In this document: one piece after another, positions 60,104-64,000 of the stretch
Layout of the letters: every line of letters begins with the position of its first letter
How positions within the stretch are numbered: the first letter of the stretch is position 1
Assembly: GCA_963702895.1 (NCBI GenBank)
Contig: OY969767.1
Location: forward strand, 1,454,315 to 1,518,314
DNA: 64,000 nucleotides
From: an uncultured Elusimicrobia bacterium
GTDB lineage: Bacteria; Elusimicrobiota; Elusimicrobia; 2-01-FULL-59-12
Direction: 5' to 3'
Translations under genes and position numbers: made by a program
The notes under the pieces: model-generated
Seen by the model: the letters and a program-made list of their open reading frames with translations, nothing else
The model's database searches: none
Told to the model about the DNA's origin: nothing

Positions 60104-61231
60104 TCACGCCGCGGCGGCGAGGCTCTTCCGGAGCAGAGACAAGGCCGCCAGCAAAAGGAAACTGCCGATCACAAATTCCGCCAGGAAGCTTGGCCACACC
60201 ACGTCCAACCCCGCGCCCCGGAAAAGGATGGCCTGGGCGAACCGTACAAAGTGCGTGGTGGGCGCGGCCTGCATGATGATCTGGATGAATTGCGGCATGC
60301 TTTGATACGGGGTGTTGCCGCCCGAAAGCATCTGCAAAGGCAAGATGACGAGGATCATGAGCAGGCCCATCTGCGGCATGGTGCGCGCCAGAGTCCCGAT
60401 CAGGATGCCCAGCGACGTCACAGAATACAGATGGAGCGCCACCCCCGCCAAAAAGAGCGGGATCGACCCCGCCATCGGCATGGCCAGAGACCCCTGCACA
60501 ATCCCTTGAACCGATAAGGCCGTTGCCACCAGGACCACCAAACCGTTCGACCAGATCTTGGCCATCATGATTTCGAAGGGGGCGAGCGGCATCACGAGCA
60601 GATGCTCGAGCGTGCCGTGTTCGCGCTCGCGGATGAGGGCCGCCCCGGTCAAGATCATGGCGAGCATCGTGATCTGGTTGACGAGCTGCACAATGGCCCC
60701 GAACCACATCGTCGCCTGCGTCGGGTTAAATTTGTAGCGCGTGACGAGCTTCACCGGCGGGGAGAGGTCAACCCGGTGCCCGCCCGCAAGATACGCGCGC
60801 ACTTCGTCCATCACGATGGTTTGGGTGTAGCTCGCCCCCAGAAACGCCTGGCTCATGCGCGTGGCGTCAATATTGAGCTGAGCCTTCGGCTGTTTGCCGG
60901 CCACCACGTCCCGCGCGAAATTGGGCGGGATGTCCAGAATAAAGGTGTACGTCCCGGCGTCCAGCGCCGGATCCATCTCCCAGGGCTCAATGAGCACGGC
61001 CGGCTTGAAGCGCGGCGGGAAAAAAGCCAGTTCGATCTGACGCGACAGGGGAGAGCGGTCCTGGTCAAGGATGGCGATGGGGGCGTTCACCACATCTCCG
61101 GCGATGGCTTTCGAACCGTTGATCACCGCGAGGCTGAAGGCGTACACGATAAAGATGACCATGACCGGATCGCGCCAGAGGCTCAGGAGCTCTTTAATGC
61201 CCAGGTGAAAGATGTTGGCAACGCGCTTCAT
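60104..61231 (-). CDS. yhhJ: ABC-2 transporter permease (YhhJ-like)
   Basis: [34 protein letters not shown]; ATGA-coupled to rbbA. Confidence 0.9.
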   Translation of the reverse strand: MKRVANIFHLGIKELLSLWRDPVMVIFIVYAFSLAVINGSKAIAGDVVNAPIAILDQDRSPLSRQIELAFFPPRFKPAVLIEPWEMDPALDAGTYTFILDIPPNFARDVVAGKQPKAQLNIDATRMSQAFLGASYTQTIVMDEVRAYLAGGHRVDLSPPVKLVTRYKFNPTQATMWFGAIVQLVNQITMLAMILTGAALIREREHGTLEHLLVMPLAPFEIMMAKIWSNGLVVLVATALSVQGIVQGSLAMPMAGSIPLFLAGVALHLYSVTSLGILIGTLARTMPQMGLLMILVILPLQMLSGGNTPYQSMPQFIQIIMQAAPTTHFVRFAQAILFRGAGLDVVWPSFLAEFVIGSFLLLAALSLLRKSLAAAA

Positions 61232-63996
61232 GATTCCTGCTTGTTCAAAAGAAACCACGAGATGGCCGTCAACACCGGGATCGACACCGCCAGGGCCAGA
61301 AACGGCTGGGTGAGATCCTGAAATCCAAGGGCCTTGTTGAACACCCCTTGGGAGATCGTGATGAAGTGGGCCGTGGGATAGACTTTGCCGATCAAGGCCG
61401 GCGTACCCTCGAGGGCCGACACCGGCTGCGTGAGTCCCGAGAACATGGTGGCCGGCAGGATCGTCGCGATGGCCGTGCCGAAGATGGCGGCGATCTGGGT
61501 TGTGGTAAAGGCCGACATCACAAAGCCGAGGCTCGTTGTGCAAAGGATGTACAGGAAGCCGCCGGCGAGAAGCGCGAGCACGCTTCCTTTGAGCGGAACC
61601 TGGAAGATCGTCACCGCCATGACAATGAGCAGGACCAGGTTGATCATGGCCACGCTCACGTAGGGCACCTGCTTGCCGAGAATAAATTCCAGCCGCGTCG
61701 TCGGGGTCGCGTAGAAATTGGTGATGGAGCCCAGTTCTTTCTCCCGCACGACGCCCAGCGCCATGAGCATCGCCGGGATGAGCACCAGGATAATGGGGAT
61801 GGTCGGCGGCACCAGGGCATAGATGCTCTTAAAGTCCTGGTTGTAGCGGTAGCGCATCTCGAGAAGCGGCTTCACGCCGACCGCGGGCGCCTCGATACGG
61901 GGCGAGATCGATCGGGCGACGAAATCGTTGTGCAAGCCCTGGATGTAGCCGGCCACGCTCTGGGCGCGGGAAGGCATGGCCCCATCCACCCAGGCGGCGA
62001 CTTCCGTCTTCCCCCCGCGCGCGACGTCCTTGCCGTAGTTCGGCGGGATTTCCACAACGAGGTCGAGCTTTCCCTTACGCATCTGACGTTCCAGATCCGT
62101 TGGATCCAAAACCGGCGGCTTCTGGACGAAGTAGGCGGATCCCGCGAGATTGTCTGTGTATTGCAGGCTGGCAGGGCTCTGATCGTTGTCGAGCATGGAG
62201 AAAGCGATGTTCTCCACGTCAAAGTTGATGCCAAACCCCAGGACCAACATGAGCAGGACGGACCCGCCCAGTGCGAAGGTCAAGCGGATGGGGTCGCGTT
62301 TGAGCTCCAGCGCCTCCCGGTAGGCATACCCAAAAAGACGCCGCCAGCTGAAACCCTTGTCTTGCGCGTGCGCGGATGCGGCCGGAGGCGCCGCGGAGGC
62401 TTGGGCCGGCGCGGCCGCAGGAGCGGCGGGAGCCGCGGGCGGTGCGGCCGCGGCGGCGGCTTTTTCAAGATAGGAAATAAACGCTTCCTCCAGGTTCTTC
62501 GAACCGCTTGTCGTCACGAGCCTCGCCGGCGCGTCGCTCGCCAGGACTTTTCCCGAGTGCATGAGCGATATGCGGTCGCACCACCCCGCCTCGTTCATGA
62601 AATGGGTTGAGACAAAGATCGTCACCTGTTCCTTCCGGGACAGATGGATCAGGAGTTCCCAGAAGGATTCCCGCGCCACCGGGTCCACGCCGGAGGTAGG
62701 CTCGTCCAAAATGAGGAGTTCCGGTTTGTGGATCATGGCCACGGCGAGCGAGAGCCGCTGGCGCGTGCCCAAGGGCAGGCTTTCGGCCAGGTCATCGATG
62801 TAGTTCTTCAGGTCAAACTGCTTGATGAGCTCCTGCACGCGGGGCTCGATTTGGCCCTTGGGCAGCTCAAAGATCCGGGCGTGGAGCATCAGGTTCTGCC
62901 GCACCGTGAGCTCGGAATAGAGTGAAAAGGCCTGCGACATGAACCCGATGCGCTTGCGCGTCGCCAGGTCTTTGCCGGTCACCTTTTCGCCAAACATATA
63001 CGCGGTGCCGTCGGTCGAAGGCAGGAGGCCCGTGAGCATCTTCATGGTGGTCGTCTTGCCGCAGCCGTTTGACCCCAAAAATCCGAAAATTTCCCCCTTG
63101 GGTATTTTGAAGCTGACGTGGTCGACCGCCGTGAAGTCGCCAAAACGCCGGGTGAGCCCTTCGGCCTGAATGGCCGGGGTCCCTTCCATGGCCACGTCCC
63201 GCGGCGGGACGACGAGCGCCTTATGCCCTTGCCGTTTGGCCTCCGGAAGAAGACGAATGAACGCCGCGTCGAGGTTGTCCGCCCCCACCCGGGATTTCAG
63301 CTCCGCGGGCGTGCCTTCGGCGAGCACTTTGCCGTCGTCCATGGCCACGAGCCAGTCAAAACCGTCCGCCTCGTCCATGTAGGCGGTCGACACCAGAACG
63401 CTCATCTGCGGGCGCTGCACGCGGATGCGACGGATCAGTTCCCAGAACTGGCGGCGGGAGAGCGGGTCCACGCCCGTCGTCGGCTCATCCAGGATCAAAA
63501 GGTCCGGGTCATGAATCAGGGAACAGCACAGGCCCAGTTTCTGCTTCATCCCGCCGGAGAGTTTCCCCGCCGGGCGCTGCTTGAAGGGGAGCATGCCGGT
63601 GCTGGCGAGCAGATCGTCAATGCGGCGCTCGCGCTCTTCCTTGTCTTGCCCAAAGAGCCGGCCGAAGAAATCCATGTTCTCGGAAACAGAAAGCGTCATG
63701 TAGAGATTTTTGCCCAAACCCTGCGGCATGTAGGCGATCCGTGGGCAGGCGTCGTTACGGTGTTTGAGCTGGGCCATGTCGCCGCCTAAAACCTCGACGC
63801 GGCCTGTTTGTATCTTCCGGACGCCGGACAGGATGGACATGAGGCTGGATTTTCCGACGCCGTCGGGTCCGAGCAGACCGACCATGCAATCGGCCGGTAG
63901 ACTCAGGTTGATGGCGTCCAGGGCGAGCTTGCGGCCGTAGCGCTGCGAAAGGCCTTCGACGCGCGCGACGACCTTACGGGGCGGGGCTGGATTCAT
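61228..63996 (-). CDS. rbbA: Ribosome-associated ATPase/ABC transporter RbbA (2 ATPase domains + permease)
   Basis: [41 protein letters not shown]. Confidence 0.93.
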   Translation of the reverse strand: MNPAPPRKVVARVEGLSQRYGRKLALDAINLSLPADCMVGLLGPDGVGKSSLMSILSGVRKIQTGRVEVLGGDMAQLKHRNDACPRIAYMPQGLGKNLYMTLSVSENMDFFGRLFGQDKEERERRIDDLLASTGMLPFKQRPAGKLSGGMKQKLGLCCSLIHDPDLLILDEPTTGVDPLSRRQFWELIRRIRVQRPQMSVLVSTAYMDEADGFDWLVAMDDGKVLAEGTPAELKSRVGADNLDAAFIRLLPEAKRQGHKALVVPPRDVAMEGTPAIQAEGLTRRFGDFTAVDHVSFKIPKGEIFGFLGSNGCGKTTTMKMLTGLLPSTDGTAYMFGEKVTGKDLATRKRIGFMSQAFSLYSELTVRQNLMLHARIFELPKGQIEPRVQELIKQFDLKNYIDDLAESLPLGTRQRLSLAVAMIHKPELLILDEPTSGVDPVARESFWELLIHLSRKEQVTIFVSTHFMNEAGWCDRISLMHSGKVLASDAPARLVTTSGSKNLEEAFISYLEKAAAAAAPPAAPAAPAAAPAQASAAPPAASAHAQDKGFSWRRLFGYAYREALELKRDPIRLTFALGGSVLLMLVLGFGINFDVENIAFSMLDNDQSPASLQYTDNLAGSAYFVQKPPVLDPTDLERQMRKGKLDLVVEIPPNYGKDVARGGKTEVAAWVDGAMPSRAQSVAGYIQGLHNDFVARSISPRIEAPAVGVKPLLEMRYRYNQDFKSIYALVPPTIPIILVLIPAMLMALGVVREKELGSITNFYATPTTRLEFILGKQVPYVSVAMINLVLLIVMAVTIFQVPLKGSVLALLAGGFLYILCTTSLGFVMSAFTTTQIAAIFGTAIATILPATMFSGLTQPVSALEGTPALIGKVYPTAHFITISQGVFNKALGFQDLTQPFLALAVSIPVLTAISWFLLNKQES

Positions 63997-64000
63997 GGGC

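Noticed and set aside
62380-62462. GC-rich Ala/Pro tract in rbbA as another inserted palindrome
   Set aside because: A low-complexity interdomain linker with no hairpin or match to the repeat families.

Overview
Bacterial chromosomal window, almost all on the minus strand. Gene content and order suggest Elusimicrobiota (inference). Bases 1-34.8 kb hold a long, largely translationally coupled housekeeping run: a GH57 glucanotransferase (partial), PTS/HprK/RapZ/HPF, lptCAB, kdsDAB, pyrG, heptose/LPS-core genes, lpxK (frameshifted as assembled), waaA, secDF-yajC, tgt-queA, SpoIID, ruvCAB and yebC. Bases 34.9-42.4 kb hold two O-antigen-ligase/TPR proteins, a methyltransferase, a PorV-like barrel and a zf-TFIIB protein. 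Bases 42.5-56 kb are accessory: tRNA-Thr(CGT) with two downstream tRNA 3' fragments, TA-like pairs, two apparently identical 1272-bp IS4-family copies that each disrupt a gene, MscS, TspO and secreted proteins. The window ends with a lipoprotein, a GH63 glucosidase and rbbA/yhhJ. The most unusual signal is a nested set of small palindromic elements. About 23-bp CCGCCAC..GGCGG hairpin units occur as 46-48-bp dimers at the centre of the T-loop of two dead tRNA fragments (opposite orientations) and inside REP-like repeats. Those repeats, plus two other palindrome types, lie in-frame inside tgt, queA and ruvC.
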